The position numbers were made by a program, and so were the translations under genes. Shown here in pieces: positions 9,870-19,864 of a stretch of 64,000 nt of DNA. The stretch comes from Candidatus Vogelbacteria bacterium. Its GTDB lineage: Bacteria; Patescibacteriota; Minisyncoccia; Phycocordibacterales; XYD1-FULL-46-19. The stretch covers positions 79,633-143,632 of the forward strand of contig CAIRHC010000006.1 in the NCBI GenBank assembly GCA_903878275.1, given 5' to 3'. Within the stretch, counting starts at the first letter, position 1. Each line of letters starts with the position of its first letter. A model generated the notes under the pieces. It worked only from the letters and a program-made list of their open reading frames with translations. It was not told the origin of the DNA and searched no databases.

Positions 9870-10934
9870 TTAGTCTTCTAGGCTGGGCTTGTCGATACTT
9901 TGGACGTCAAAACCAGCCGAAGAGCCGGTCACCCGCAGGACATCTTTGTCCACTTTTTTGAGCTCTTTGTAGGCAAAATTGAACTGGTTGACGGTCGTGC
10001 CGAGGGCTTTGCCCAAACCCGCCATATAGCCCTCATAAGCCCCGATATGCTTGCCAAGCTCCTCTACCCTAGTCCTAATCTCCTTGGCAGATTCTTCGAT
10101 TTGGAGGGCTTTTAAGCCCTGTAGGACGGTCTGCAAATATGCCAAAAATGAGGTCGGAGAGACAATAATAACGTGGTATTTGGACGCCGCTCTCTGAATC
10201 AAATTTTCAGTGTCCTCATCTTTTATCGCCCCAATTTTATTGATAATCAAATCATAATAAATCGCCTCGTGCGGAATAAACATAAAAGCAAAGTCCATCG
10301 TCCCCTTGTCTGGCTGAACATATTTAGCGGTTTCGGTAATGCGATTTTTTAAATCATTCAAAAATATTTTTTCAAACTTTTCTTTTTCGGCGGGATTTTT
10401 TTCTTCGACGATTCGATTGTAATTTTCAAGCGAAAATTTGGAATCAATCGGAATAATTTTGTCTTTTACAAACACCACCGCGTCAACAATCGTCCCATCA
10501 GGAAAAGAATATTGCATTTGATACGAGCCCGGTGGCATCACATTTTTTAATAAAGTTTCCAAATAATATTCGCCCAAAATCCCCCGCTGTTTGGGGTTTT
10601 TTAAAATGTCTTGAAGTGATTGAAGTTGATCGGTGAAATTTACAACCTGCTTGTTTGTCTCTTCCAGTCGTACCAATTTTTCGGTCACCTCACGCGACAA
10701 ACGAGCAAATTCGCTAAATTGTGCCCGCACGCTTTCTGCCGATTGTTTGTTTGTCTCGTGCAAACGGCTATCAATCGTTTTGGTCAAATTTTCAATCTGA
10801 TTTTGCAATAGCATCATCGCCGAATTATCCGGCTTTTTATCACCTTCGTTTTTCGCCAGTAAAAATTTCAAAACTATAAAAGCCCCAGCAAAACCAGCGA
10901 CCAGACCAATCACAATAAAAATTATGGTATTCAT
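9870..10934 (-). CDS. rmuC: DNA recombination protein RmuC
   Basis: N-terminal TM, coiled coil, KQRGILGE, IPIDSKF, DFAFMFIPHE, VSPTSF. Confidence 0.9.
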   Translation of the reverse strand: MNTIIFIVIGLVAGFAGAFIVLKFLLAKNEGDKKPDNSAMMLLQNQIENLTKTIDSRLHETNKQSAESVRAQFSEFARLSREVTEKLVRLEETNKQVVNFTDQLQSLQDILKNPKQRGILGEYYLETLLKNVMPPGSYQMQYSFPDGTIVDAVVFVKDKIIPIDSKFSLENYNRIVEEKNPAEKEKFEKIFLNDLKNRITETAKYVQPDKGTMDFAFMFIPHEAIYYDLIINKIGAIKDEDTENLIQRAASKYHVIIVSPTSFLAYLQTVLQGLKALQIEESAKEIRTRVEELGKHIGAYEGYMAGLGKALGTTVNQFNFAYKELKKVDKDVLRVTGSSAGFDVQSIDKPSLED

Positions 10935-10965
10935 CTTTGTTGTAAGTATTGTAACAAATTTTTGA

Positions 10966-12378
10966 TTATTTTTCTTTTAAATCCTCGGCTTCGGCTTGGC
11001 GGAAAAGTTGGAAATCTCGGCGGAAAAACTGGACGGCGATATGATAAATTGCGTAAGTAATAAAATAGGCGGCAAACACATCAATCGAATAATGATAATG
11101 ACCAAGCAAAACGGCAGTAGCAAAAACAATCGAAATCGCAATAAATAAATTTCGTAAAAATTTATTTTGCCAAAAAATCAACGCGAGTAAAAACGGCAAA
11201 CCGGTATGACCAGAAAAAAACATATCTTTGCCCAAAGAAAATTTTTCCAGAAGCTCACTATTTGGCAAAATAATTCCGCCCGGCATTGGCGCGAGATGAG
11301 TCAAGCTAATAAAAAACGCTCGAATAATAATAAACAAACCAATACTTTTAACCACAAAAGGTAAATAGCGAAGATGTTTTAATAAAAAGACCGTCACAAA
11401 AATCACCAAAGAAATAGCGCCATAAATAACCACCCAGCTAGTATCGATCTGTGGAATATTATCTAAAATAATATCGCCGACCGCCTGTCCATTCGAATAA
11501 TAAGTATAAAGATTGGCTAAATAATTTATGCCCAAGCTAATAAACAAAAAGCCGAAAGCACCTGCCACTGACCAGCGGACATCTTTTGTCCATTGTTCTT
11601 GGTAATTTTTAAAGGCTTGTTTGGTTTTTTGTGAATTCGGACGAATATCTAAATAGGTGTTGGTGTATGGCTTACCAAATAAAATCGGCCAGAGATAATT
11701 GATACCATACTTAAGCGACATTCGAATAACCCCCTCACCTTTCAGGCGCCGACCAGACGTGGTCATTGGTAGAGCAAACGTAAATTTCACTTTGCCAACC
11801 TTGCTCATCCGAATAGCGATATCGGTATCTTCACCATAAAAATCAAATTCGGCGACATTGAACCCGCCAATTTTTTCCAGCGCTGATCTTTTTAAAATAA
11901 AATTACCGCCCTGCACCATTGCTCCTTTTTTGAAAAATAATTGCGTAACACCACAAATAATTTTGCCAAGACCATAATAAAATTTAATCATAAAATTTAC
12001 CGACTTCGACAAATCATAATAAATGTATGGTCCGCTCAACGCCACAATTTTGTCGTCGTTTTTAAATTCCGCAAAGACAGTATCAATCCAACCGAGAGGC
12101 AAAATCGTGTCGGCATCGATATTGGCAATCAGATCGCCGGTCGTCGCCACGAAGCCGGCTTGTCGAGCACGCACCAAACCTTTGTTTGGTTCGTTGACCA
12201 CTTTTGCCCACGAAAAAGAACGCGCCACTTCTTCGGTTTTGTCGGTGCTGGCATTATTGACGACAATCACCTCCATATTATAATTTTTGCCCGCCATCGC
12301 CCTCTCAATCGCTTCCAAACAAGGACCGATATAATTTTCTTCGTTGTACGCCGGGATAACAAAACTTAATTTAGACAT
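10966..12378 (-). CDS. GT2 glycosyltransferase fused to a PAP2_C/sphingomyelin-synthase-like membrane domain
   Basis: FVIPAYNEE, NIDAD, EDTD in the N-half; DMFFSGHT and HYHYSIDV in the TM-rich C-half; start likely at MSKLS. Confidence 0.8.
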   Translation of the reverse strand: MSKLSFVIPAYNEENYIGPCLEAIERAMAGKNYNMEVIVVNNASTDKTEEVARSFSWAKVVNEPNKGLVRARQAGFVATTGDLIANIDADTILPLGWIDTVFAEFKNDDKIVALSGPYIYYDLSKSVNFMIKFYYGLGKIICGVTQLFFKKGAMVQGGNFILKRSALEKIGGFNVAEFDFYGEDTDIAIRMSKVGKVKFTFALPMTTSGRRLKGEGVIRMSLKYGINYLWPILFGKPYTNTYLDIRPNSQKTKQAFKNYQEQWTKDVRWSVAGAFGFLFISLGINYLANLYTYYSNGQAVGDIILDNIPQIDTSWVVIYGAISLVIFVTVFLLKHLRYLPFVVKSIGLFIIIRAFFISLTHLAPMPGGIILPNSELLEKFSLGKDMFFSGHTGLPFLLALIFWQNKFLRNLFIAISIVFATAVLLGHYHYSIDVFAAYFITYAIYHIAVQFFRRDFQLFRQAEAEDLKEK

Positions 12379-12529
12379 AGGTTTTTTGTTTATAAACATT
12401 GAATTAAAACTCTCCTTCCTTGCTACCTTTTTAGAGTACAGATTTTTTGAAGCTTAAAAAATCCTGAAATTCTCGGCTCGACAGCCTCGAAACCCCCTAA
12501 AAAGGTACAAGTCAGTCTAGTTTTATGAT

Positions 12530-13726
12530 TCAATGTTTATAATACTCGCTTATCACCTTTTTGAAAAGGCTCTCCCAACTGCCCGCGATTTCTTGAATAG
12601 AAAATTTGCTGGCGGTGGAAATTCCACCATTACCGAGATTTTCTCGTTCCATTTTATTTTCTAAGAGATGAATTAGGCGCTCGGCTAAAGTTTTAAAATC
12701 ACCGATGTCAAAAATGTAACCATTGCTGTCGTTGACATATTCCGGCAAAGCTCCGGCGCGCACCACTACCACCGGCAGACCGACAGCCATCGCTTGAATC
12801 ATACTGATACTTTGGGTCTCGGCAGTACTTGCCATTACAAAAATATCCGAGGCTTGATAATAAGAAATTAAATCTTCGCGACTGACCATTCCGACAAATT
12901 TGACCTTGTCTTCCAATTTTAATTCGGTAACTAAATTTTTTAATTTTGTCTCTTCGGCACCACGACCTGTGATGACTAAATTTACATCTTTGATTTTTTC
13001 TTGAACAATACCAATCGCTCGGATTATCACATCGATATGTTTTTCTTCCGCCAAACGACCAGTGTACAAAATTGTAAAAGCGGGCAAATTAAATTGTTTT
13101 TTTAGTTCCGCTTTTTTCTCGGCGGACACTGGCGCAAAACTGGAAACATCGATCAGGTTGGACATTGGCCGTCCTTCACGCTTGAAACCATATTTTTTCA
13201 TATCAGTAAAAATAAATTGCGATGGACCGGTCACAAAATTGCAACGATTATAAAACCACGCGATAAAATGATTTATCAGTTTTTCAAACCACTTGGTGCG
13301 AATTGGAAAATATTTTATAAATTCGCTAATCGGCGTATGACTGGTACCGATGATTGGCACCTTTAAAAATTTTGCGATGAGTAGAGCGTCCAAGCCCAAA
13401 AAAGAACAGACGTTGATATGAATTATATCCGGCTTGAAATCACGAAATTTTTTATAACTTAAAACAAACGGTAAAATTAGTCGTCCTTGACCGGTCGGTG
13501 AATTCTTAATCGACGACGACCACAACCGAACAATCTGGATATTCCCACCAAGCTCTAGCTCGCCCACCGGCAAGTTAACTTTGGCAAAATCTTTCTGGTC
13601 ATAAGCTGGCACAAAATAACAAATTTGATGACCGCGCCGAGCCAATTCTTTTCCCAAAGCCAAAACTGAATCAGCGACACCAGACAGTTCGGGATAAAAG
13701 TTGTCGGAAAAAATGGCAATTTTCAT
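12530..13726 (-). CDS. GT4 glycosyltransferase (glycolipid synthase-like)
   Basis: MKIAIFSDNFYPELSGV, YTGRLAEEK, ETQSISMIQAMAVGLPVV. Confidence 0.88.
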   Translation of the reverse strand: MKIAIFSDNFYPELSGVADSVLALGKELARRGHQICYFVPAYDQKDFAKVNLPVGELELGGNIQIVRLWSSSIKNSPTGQGRLILPFVLSYKKFRDFKPDIIHINVCSFLGLDALLIAKFLKVPIIGTSHTPISEFIKYFPIRTKWFEKLINHFIAWFYNRCNFVTGPSQFIFTDMKKYGFKREGRPMSNLIDVSSFAPVSAEKKAELKKQFNLPAFTILYTGRLAEEKHIDVIIRAIGIVQEKIKDVNLVITGRGAEETKLKNLVTELKLEDKVKFVGMVSREDLISYYQASDIFVMASTAETQSISMIQAMAVGLPVVVVRAGALPEYVNDSNGYIFDIGDFKTLAERLIHLLENKMERENLGNGGISTASKFSIQEIAGSWESLFKKVISEYYKH

Positions 13727-14301
13727 TTAAGTGGTTTTCGTAAATAATAAAAAACAGCTACTATCGCCACAATGACAAACAAAGAAGACACGAAACCGAC
13801 ATAATCAAGATAAGTTGCTAGCCGATCATATGCTTCGCCGAGATAATAACCAATTTCCAGCAAGAGAAAAGTTTTAATCAAGGTCGCCAAAGTGCTGTAC
13901 CATAAAAAACGACTGACTGGATATTTGACCAATCCTGCCGACACCAAAATCGGCGCGCCGACCACGTGAGATAATTTTCCTGTCATCAAAATTTTCCCAC
14001 CGTGTTCGGCAAAACCATCATTTAGTTTTGAAACTTGTTCTTCTTCGATTCTTAAATATTTTCCAAAACGACGAATAAATCTCGTGCCACCCCAATAACC
14101 AATCGCATAATAAATAAAATCGCCAACCAAATCGGCGATAACCAAAATTACAAAAGCGACCGAAAAATACATCAGCCCTCGTGAGGCAAGTAACCCACAA
14201 AGGATCGTGACGATTGGTCCTTCGACCACTGCAATTGGGAAAATAACAAAATATCGATATTGGGCTATCAGTTGCAAAATCTGGGCAGTCGTAAATAGCA
14301 T
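13723..14301 (-). CDS. DedA/VTT family membrane protein
   Basis: EGPIV, GDFIYYAIGYWGG, hydrophobic profile. Confidence 0.85.
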   Translation of the reverse strand: MLFTTAQILQLIAQYRYFVIFPIAVVEGPIVTILCGLLASRGLMYFSVAFVILVIADLVGDFIYYAIGYWGGTRFIRRFGKYLRIEEEQVSKLNDGFAEHGGKILMTGKLSHVVGAPILVSAGLVKYPVSRFLWYSTLATLIKTFLLLEIGYYLGEAYDRLATYLDYVGFVSSLFVIVAIVAVFYYLRKPLK

Positions 14302-14324
14302 AAGGATATTAATTTTACCGGCGA

Positions 14325-14699
14325 CTAAACCTTTAGCTTGGTTTTTATTTTTGTCACGACATCTTCTAGTTTAGTGTCAGTCTTGACTAGATATTCAAAA
14401 GCCTCGTTATCGAGCACTTCCGCCACTTTTTCATTATCGCTCAAGTTTGTCAAAACAATCACCTCGACTTTTTTACCCCACTCATCAGCTCGAAGCTTTT
14501 TCAACATTTCAATGCCATCCATTTTGGGCATCACGATATCAAGTAAAATTAAATCAGGATGCGCTTTGAGTGCTACCGCCAAACCATCTTCACCATTTTT
14601 GGCTGCTAAAACTTCAAAATTGTCGTCAAGTTTCAAAGTCAGCGCCCCCGCCAAAGATTCTTCGTCTTCGACAATTAAAATTTTCTTTTTGTTTTCCAT
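14325..14699 (-). CDS. Single-domain response regulator (REC)
   Basis: ILIVEDE, DLILLDIVMPKMDG, VLTN, YLVK. Confidence 0.92.
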   Translation of the reverse strand: MENKKKILIVEDEESLAGALTLKLDDNFEVLAAKNGEDGLAVALKAHPDLILLDIVMPKMDGIEMLKKLRADEWGKKVEVIVLTNLSDNEKVAEVLDNEAFEYLVKTDTKLEDVVTKIKTKLKV

Positions 14700-14707
14700 A
14701 ATGTTTA

Positions 14708-15118
14708 TTATTTAAGACAAACCCCACCTTCACCCAAGCATTTATCAATTGCGGCGATTATTTCATCCAAGCGATGATTTGATTTTACAAAATATTCTTT
14801 TACCCCTAGCTGAATATAAGTTGAAACCTTATCGGAGCTTGCGGTATTGGAAACCACGAAGATCGGCACATTTTTGCACTTGGCATTATCCTCTTCTTTA
14901 CACCACGCGACAAAATCCAAACCATTTTCCTTGCCGATAAGATAATGATCGAGCCAGACCGCATCAACCCGTGCCAAGTCGCTGACATACTGTTTGGCTT
15001 GTTCGACCGAACGTGCCGTCACCACACTGAAATTGCTTTTTTCTAACTTCATTCGAACTGCCTCTAAAAGTGGCTGTTCGTCTTCTATTACTAAAATAAC
15101 ACGATCTGAATCTGCCAT
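14708..15118 (-). CDS. Single-domain response regulator (REC)
   Basis: ILVIEDE, VWLDHYL, VVSN, YFVK. Confidence 0.85.
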   Translation of the reverse strand: MADSDRVILVIEDEQPLLEAVRMKLEKSNFSVVTARSVEQAKQYVSDLARVDAVWLDHYLIGKENGLDFVAWCKEEDNAKCKNVPIFVVSNTASSDKVSTYIQLGVKEYFVKSNHRLDEIIAAIDKCLGEGGVCLK

Positions 15119-15147
15119 ATTTTTTGATTATAAATTAATACTTTTAA

Positions 15148-17550
15148 TTAGTCTAATGTCTTAGTCCCCTCTTTTTTCTTCATTCCATCAACCGAAAAAC
15201 GAATATAAAAAGTAGTACCAAGATTCTCTTTTGACTCAAACCACACTTCGCCCCCCGATTGATCTATTATAGACTTTATAATATAAAGTCCAAGCCCCGT
15301 CCCTTCGGTTTCGGTCTCGCGCGCATTATCGGCACGGAATAATTTGGAAAAGACTTTATCTTTTTGTTTATCAGGAATACCCATACCCGTGTCAGAGACC
15401 GACAGAACAACACTGTTCTCTTTTAATTCTTTATCGCCCAAAATCGTCCCTTTTGGTTCTGGTAAAATTTTTACGGAAATCTGACCTTCTGGTTTGGTAT
15501 ATTTCACCGCATTGGATAACAAGTTTTGGAAAATAATGCGTAATAGTTTTTTGTCAGCGGGAAATTGGGCGGAAACGGCTTGATCATAATTTTCTTCAAT
15601 TTTTAATTTCTTGGTAATAACCGGCTGTTTTAATTCGCCCAAAACGCTCTTGGCGATTTCGGAAATATCTGTCGGTTCTGGTTCGATAATGAAAGTACCA
15701 AGATCAAGACGAGAAACATTAAGCAAAGAATTGACCAAATCTACCATTCGCTCGTTGCCAATCGCCACTTCTGTTAAATATTTTTTCTGTTCATCGTTTA
15801 ACGGTCCAGCGTCACCAGCCATAAGCATTTCGGTGTACCAATTGATCGCCGAAAGTGGTGTCCGGAGTTGATGCGAAGCCAGAGATACGAATTCCGTCTT
15901 GGCTTTATCAATCTCTTTTTCTTTAGTAATGTCTCGCTCAAGACCAACAAAGAACAGCAGGTTTCCGCCACCGTCTAAAATTGGCGAAATACTGATGGAC
16001 GCGGTATAAATTTCTCCGTTTTTACGTTTGTTTTGAATTTCATTTAGAAAAGTTTCTTTTTTATTTTTGATGGTATCCCAGAGTTTTTCATAAAATTCTT
16101 TTGGCATCGGCAAGTGCCATAGAATACCCGCTTTTTTACCAACCACATCCGACAAAGCATAGCCAGTAATTTTTTCGGTCACTTTGTTGCCATACAAAAC
16201 AATACCCTCAAGATCGGTGATGATCACCTGGTCAGAAGCATTGTCCACTGCCATCTTATATTTTTCTAGATCTCGTGCCAAAAGCATTGTTTTATTTTTT
16301 TCTTCTTGAACATCTTCCAAAATACTCAACATTGCGCGTTTTTGGAAACCTAATTGCTCGGTCTGTTTTTGCAAATCAATCGTCTGCTCCCGAACTTTTT
16401 CTTCAATATTTGAGCGCGATTTCTTGACCGCTTCAACCATCAAATCAAAAGAATTTGCTAGCTGTCCGATTTCATCTCGTGATTTAATTTCTGATTTAAA
16501 ATTAAAATCACCTTTCTTTATTCTATCGGTAAAGCCAGACAAAATACTTAATGGCTTGGTAATACCCCGAGAAAGCAAGCCCGTAACAAAAATTAAGAAC
16601 GCAAGCGCAACCAGAGAAATTAGCAAAATAATTAATGCCAAACTCAAACGATAATCTAGTAGCTGTGCTGTATCAACTTTGGTAATCAAGCACCAACCAG
16701 TTTCAGGAATATAAGCGTACGTCGCGGTGACATCAACACCGCGGTAATCTTTAGCTTGAATAATATGAATATTTGGCACCACCTTCGCTAAATCTTTATA
16801 ACCATTTTTCTTGATGTACTCAATTTCTTTAGGATTAAAACAATTTTTAGCGTTTTGTGTCTCAACCTTGTCTTTCAGAATGACTTTGTCACCTAAAAAT
16901 CGAGATGGGGTGATGAAAAAATAATCTTTGTTAATTATAAAATTCTCCTCGGTATCGCCGAGACCATTTTCGCTGCCAACGAGAGCATAAAAATCATCTG
17001 CCGAAAAACGTAAGACGGATACTCCTAAAAATGTCCCGTCATCATCAAGGACTGGTGCCGAGACGGCATAAGCCGGACCTTTGATTACCTCGGAATAGTA
17101 AATACTCTTAAAGTACACGCTGTTCCGACCATTAATAAAATAATCATCTTTAGATTTATCAACCCCTAATTCCACAATATCGGACGAAGCGACGATTATG
17201 CCATTTTTATCGACGATGAATGTCTGGTGAATATCTTTATCGGATTCTATGGTTCGAGCCAATCTTTTATCAATTTTAGCTTTGATTACTTTATAGTTAG
17301 GGCTCGTCGTCGCTTCTTTTAGTAAATCTCGGTAAACAGATGCCGCTGCGAGGATCACTGCCGTTTTCTCTTTCTCTTTTATGTATGTCCGAATGTGTTC
17401 GGCTCTGGCTCGATTGCTAGAATCTAGATAGGAATAGGAATCTTTCTTAACCAAATTACTAGCGTACAAATCAAAAACGACGCCAACGACAAGTAAGGTG
17501 ATAGCAAAAACAAGAAAGAAACTAAGACTGATTTTATTTCTAATTTTCAT
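15148..17550 (-). CDS. Membrane sensor histidine kinase (Cache-HAMP-PAS-HisKA-HATPase)
   Basis: Two TMs, HAMP DEIGQLA, PAS, H-box SHQLRTPL, N-box NLLSNAVKY, G-boxes DTGMGI and GTGLGL. Confidence 0.92.
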   Translation of the reverse strand: MKIRNKISLSFFLVFAITLLVVGVVFDLYASNLVKKDSYSYLDSSNRARAEHIRTYIKEKEKTAVILAAASVYRDLLKEATTSPNYKVIKAKIDKRLARTIESDKDIHQTFIVDKNGIIVASSDIVELGVDKSKDDYFINGRNSVYFKSIYYSEVIKGPAYAVSAPVLDDDGTFLGVSVLRFSADDFYALVGSENGLGDTEENFIINKDYFFITPSRFLGDKVILKDKVETQNAKNCFNPKEIEYIKKNGYKDLAKVVPNIHIIQAKDYRGVDVTATYAYIPETGWCLITKVDTAQLLDYRLSLALIILLISLVALAFLIFVTGLLSRGITKPLSILSGFTDRIKKGDFNFKSEIKSRDEIGQLANSFDLMVEAVKKSRSNIEEKVREQTIDLQKQTEQLGFQKRAMLSILEDVQEEKNKTMLLARDLEKYKMAVDNASDQVIITDLEGIVLYGNKVTEKITGYALSDVVGKKAGILWHLPMPKEFYEKLWDTIKNKKETFLNEIQNKRKNGEIYTASISISPILDGGGNLLFFVGLERDITKEKEIDKAKTEFVSLASHQLRTPLSAINWYTEMLMAGDAGPLNDEQKKYLTEVAIGNERMVDLVNSLLNVSRLDLGTFIIEPEPTDISEIAKSVLGELKQPVITKKLKIEENYDQAVSAQFPADKKLLRIIFQNLLSNAVKYTKPEGQISVKILPEPKGTILGDKELKENSVVLSVSDTGMGIPDKQKDKVFSKLFRADNARETETEGTGLGLYIIKSIIDQSGGEVWFESKENLGTTFYIRFSVDGMKKKEGTKTLD

Positions 17551-17571
17551 TAATTAAAGATATGTTTGGTT

Positions 17572-18324
17572 CTATTTGCCCGCTTTTAATTCACTGATTT
17601 CTTTTTTTAATTTGAGCATTTCCAGCTCTCGTCCGACCATCAAATTGTTCAGTCTTTGGGCTTCGTCTAGCGCTTTTTTTGTTTCTTCGACAGATTTTTT
17701 AATCGATTCACTACTGCTTTTTTCGTTCGTGATATCTCGGACGACAGCTTGTAAAATAGTTTGACCGCCGATTTCTATTTTGGTTAAGGTGACATTTGCC
17801 AAAAACTCCGGACCATTCAACTTTTTATGCACCCACTCAAAAGTATTGTTGCCTTTTTCCATCGCCAGCTCAATCATCGCCTTGGCTTTCACGCTCGACA
17901 ACTGACCGTCAGGCTGATGCTCCGGAGAAACATCACCAGGAGTGATACTTCGTAACTCTTCTTCACTTTTTAAACCATAAATCTTCAGTGTTGCCGGATT
18001 GCCATCGGTAAATTTCCAATCAGGTGGACTCAAAGTCATAATCGCATCTTGAGAAAATTGAAATAAATATTTATACCTTGTCCCAAGATCTTCATTACTT
18101 TTTATTTCTTTGACTAAAAATCGGAAAGCGAAAAAATAAAGGACGGGAGAAAGAACCAGAGACAAGATAAAGGCATCAGTCAGACTTTCAGCCAAATGAG
18201 TGGCATCTTCGCCCAAAAAATATTCCAGTAAATACATCAGAAAAAACTCGACACCAAAAACAAGCGTGATAATAAGGGTAAATAATTTTATCAAACTACT
18301 TCTTTTAAGTAAGGTTTCTTTCAT
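17572..18324 (-). CDS. Membrane PAS-domain protein with C-terminal coiled coil
   Basis: Two N-terminal TMs, PAS ending in VVRDIT, LMVGRELEMLKLKKEI tail. Confidence 0.75.
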   Translation of the reverse strand: MKETLLKRSSLIKLFTLIITLVFGVEFFLMYLLEYFLGEDATHLAESLTDAFILSLVLSPVLYFFAFRFLVKEIKSNEDLGTRYKYLFQFSQDAIMTLSPPDWKFTDGNPATLKIYGLKSEEELRSITPGDVSPEHQPDGQLSSVKAKAMIELAMEKGNNTFEWVHKKLNGPEFLANVTLTKIEIGGQTILQAVVRDITNEKSSSESIKKSVEETKKALDEAQRLNNLMVGRELEMLKLKKEISELKAGK

Positions 18325-18331
18325 TTTGTTT

Positions 18332-18754
18332 TTATTTTAAACCGTGGTCGTGAAAACATTTGACATATTTTTGGTCAACCGTCATCAAGTGATTTATCAA
18401 CCAGTCTTCGAGAAAATCAACTAGCTCAAAAGCGAAATCTATGGTTGGCTCTGGATATTTTTCTTTTAAAGCGGTCAATCGCTCATTGAATTTGTGGTGC
18501 TCGGCAATATGAGTCTCTGTTTCTTCATAATTAAACTCTTTAAAATATTTTTCTTCGGTCGCAAAATGAAAAATTTTATATTTTACTAACGAATCGATAA
18601 TGTTGCCGAGATGCTCGGCGGGAGTATTAGTATGGATAGCATCGAGTAATTCATTTATTACCACAAACATCCGTTTGTGCTGATCGTCGATCTCGGTAAC
18701 ACCAACACTATATTTATCTTCCCATTCCAATTTTTTTATTTCTGCGATTGTCAT
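18332..18754 (-). CDS. Bacteriohemerythrin
   Basis: W..KYSVGV.EIDDQH, HFATEE, HIAEHH, WLINHLMTVD: full non-heme di-iron ligand set. Confidence 0.93.
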   Translation of the reverse strand: MTIAEIKKLEWEDKYSVGVTEIDDQHKRMFVVINELLDAIHTNTPAEHLGNIIDSLVKYKIFHFATEEKYFKEFNYEETETHIAEHHKFNERLTALKEKYPEPTIDFAFELVDFLEDWLINHLMTVDQKYVKCFHDHGLK

Positions 18755-18859
18755 ATAAGTTGTATTTAAAAAATTAATAAACTAAAATCGCCGAGCGATA
18801 TTTGTGATAATTATATCACACTATTTTCGCTCGGCGAATTAGTTGTCCCCAGTTATTAA

Positions 18860-19339
18860 TTATCTGGTGACAGAGATCGTGGCTCCGGATTGTTCATAGG
18901 TTGGAGCACAGACTGTCACTCGATTATTTGCACTCTTTGTAATGAAATAGCCGGTGCCATCGGTCGTGACAGCGGTCGGATCATTAGGTAGACTCGTCAG
19001 ATACTTTTCGTTTGTGGTTAGGTTAGTTGCTAGATTCACGCCAGTACTGCACGTTCCTGTCTGGGTAGTTTTACAAATTTGAGCAGCCGCCGTCGTCGAA
19101 GAACAAGTACCAACAGTAGTAATCGTTGTCGGCAACACACCATTATTGTCAATTGTATATTGGTAAACAGCATTTAAGATTGTATTAACATCAGCACGAC
19201 GTTGAGCGTCACGAGTTGAACCAAGTTGCTTATTTGGGTTAATTGCTAAAATAACGATACCGGCTAAGATGGCGATGGCGGCGACGACTAAAAGGATTTC
19301 AATAAGAGTAAATCCTTTATTTTTTGAACTATGAATCAT
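18860..19339 (-). CDS. Type IV pilin paralog 3
   Basis: [12 protein letters not shown] prepilin cleavage motif; Cys-containing globular domain. Confidence 0.9.
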   Translation of the reverse strand: MIHSSKNKGFTLIEILLVVAAIAILAGIVILAINPNKQLGSTRDAQRRADVNTILNAVYQYTIDNNGVLPTTITTVGTCSSTTAAAQICKTTQTGTCSTGVNLATNLTTNEKYLTSLPNDPTAVTTDGTGYFITKSANNRVTVCAPTYEQSGATISVTR

Positions 19340-19374
19340 AAATTATGAATTAACGTTAATAATAATTAAATTTA

Positions 19375-19815
19375 TTATCTAGTAACGCTAATGGTAGCCC
19401 CCTGCTCGGTACTACTAGCAGCCACGGTCACGCGGTTATTAGCTGATTTCGAAATTTTATAATATGTATCATTTGCAGTGGAACTCTGTGGATCATAAGG
19501 AATCGAGGTCAAATACTTTTCATTTGTAGTAAGAACAATTAAATCAATTAAATTAGTGCAGGTACCGCCAGTTTTACAAACACCGGTTGGAGTGGTGGTA
19601 ATAGAAGCTGGTAAGGAACCATTATCAATAGAATACTGATAAACCGCATTCAAAATCGTATTAACATCGGCTCGACGTTGAGCGTTGCGGGTATCTCCCA
19701 ATTGCTTGCTTGGGTTAATGGCTAAAATAACAATGCCCGCCAAGATGGCGATAGCGGCGACAACTAAAAGAATTTCGATCAAAGTAAATCCTTTATTTTT
19801 TGAATTGTGAATCAT
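19375..19815 (-). CDS. Type IV pilin paralog 2
   Basis: [12 protein letters not shown] motif; N-terminus nearly identical to neighbours. Confidence 0.9.
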   Translation of the reverse strand: MIHNSKNKGFTLIEILLVVAAIAILAGIVILAINPSKQLGDTRNAQRRADVNTILNAVYQYSIDNGSLPASITTTPTGVCKTGGTCTNLIDLIVLTTNEKYLTSIPYDPQSSTANDTYYKISKSANNRVTVAASSTEQGATISVTR

Positions 19816-19864
19816 AAATTATGAATTAAAATTAATAATATTTTTAATAAATAGATAAAATTTA

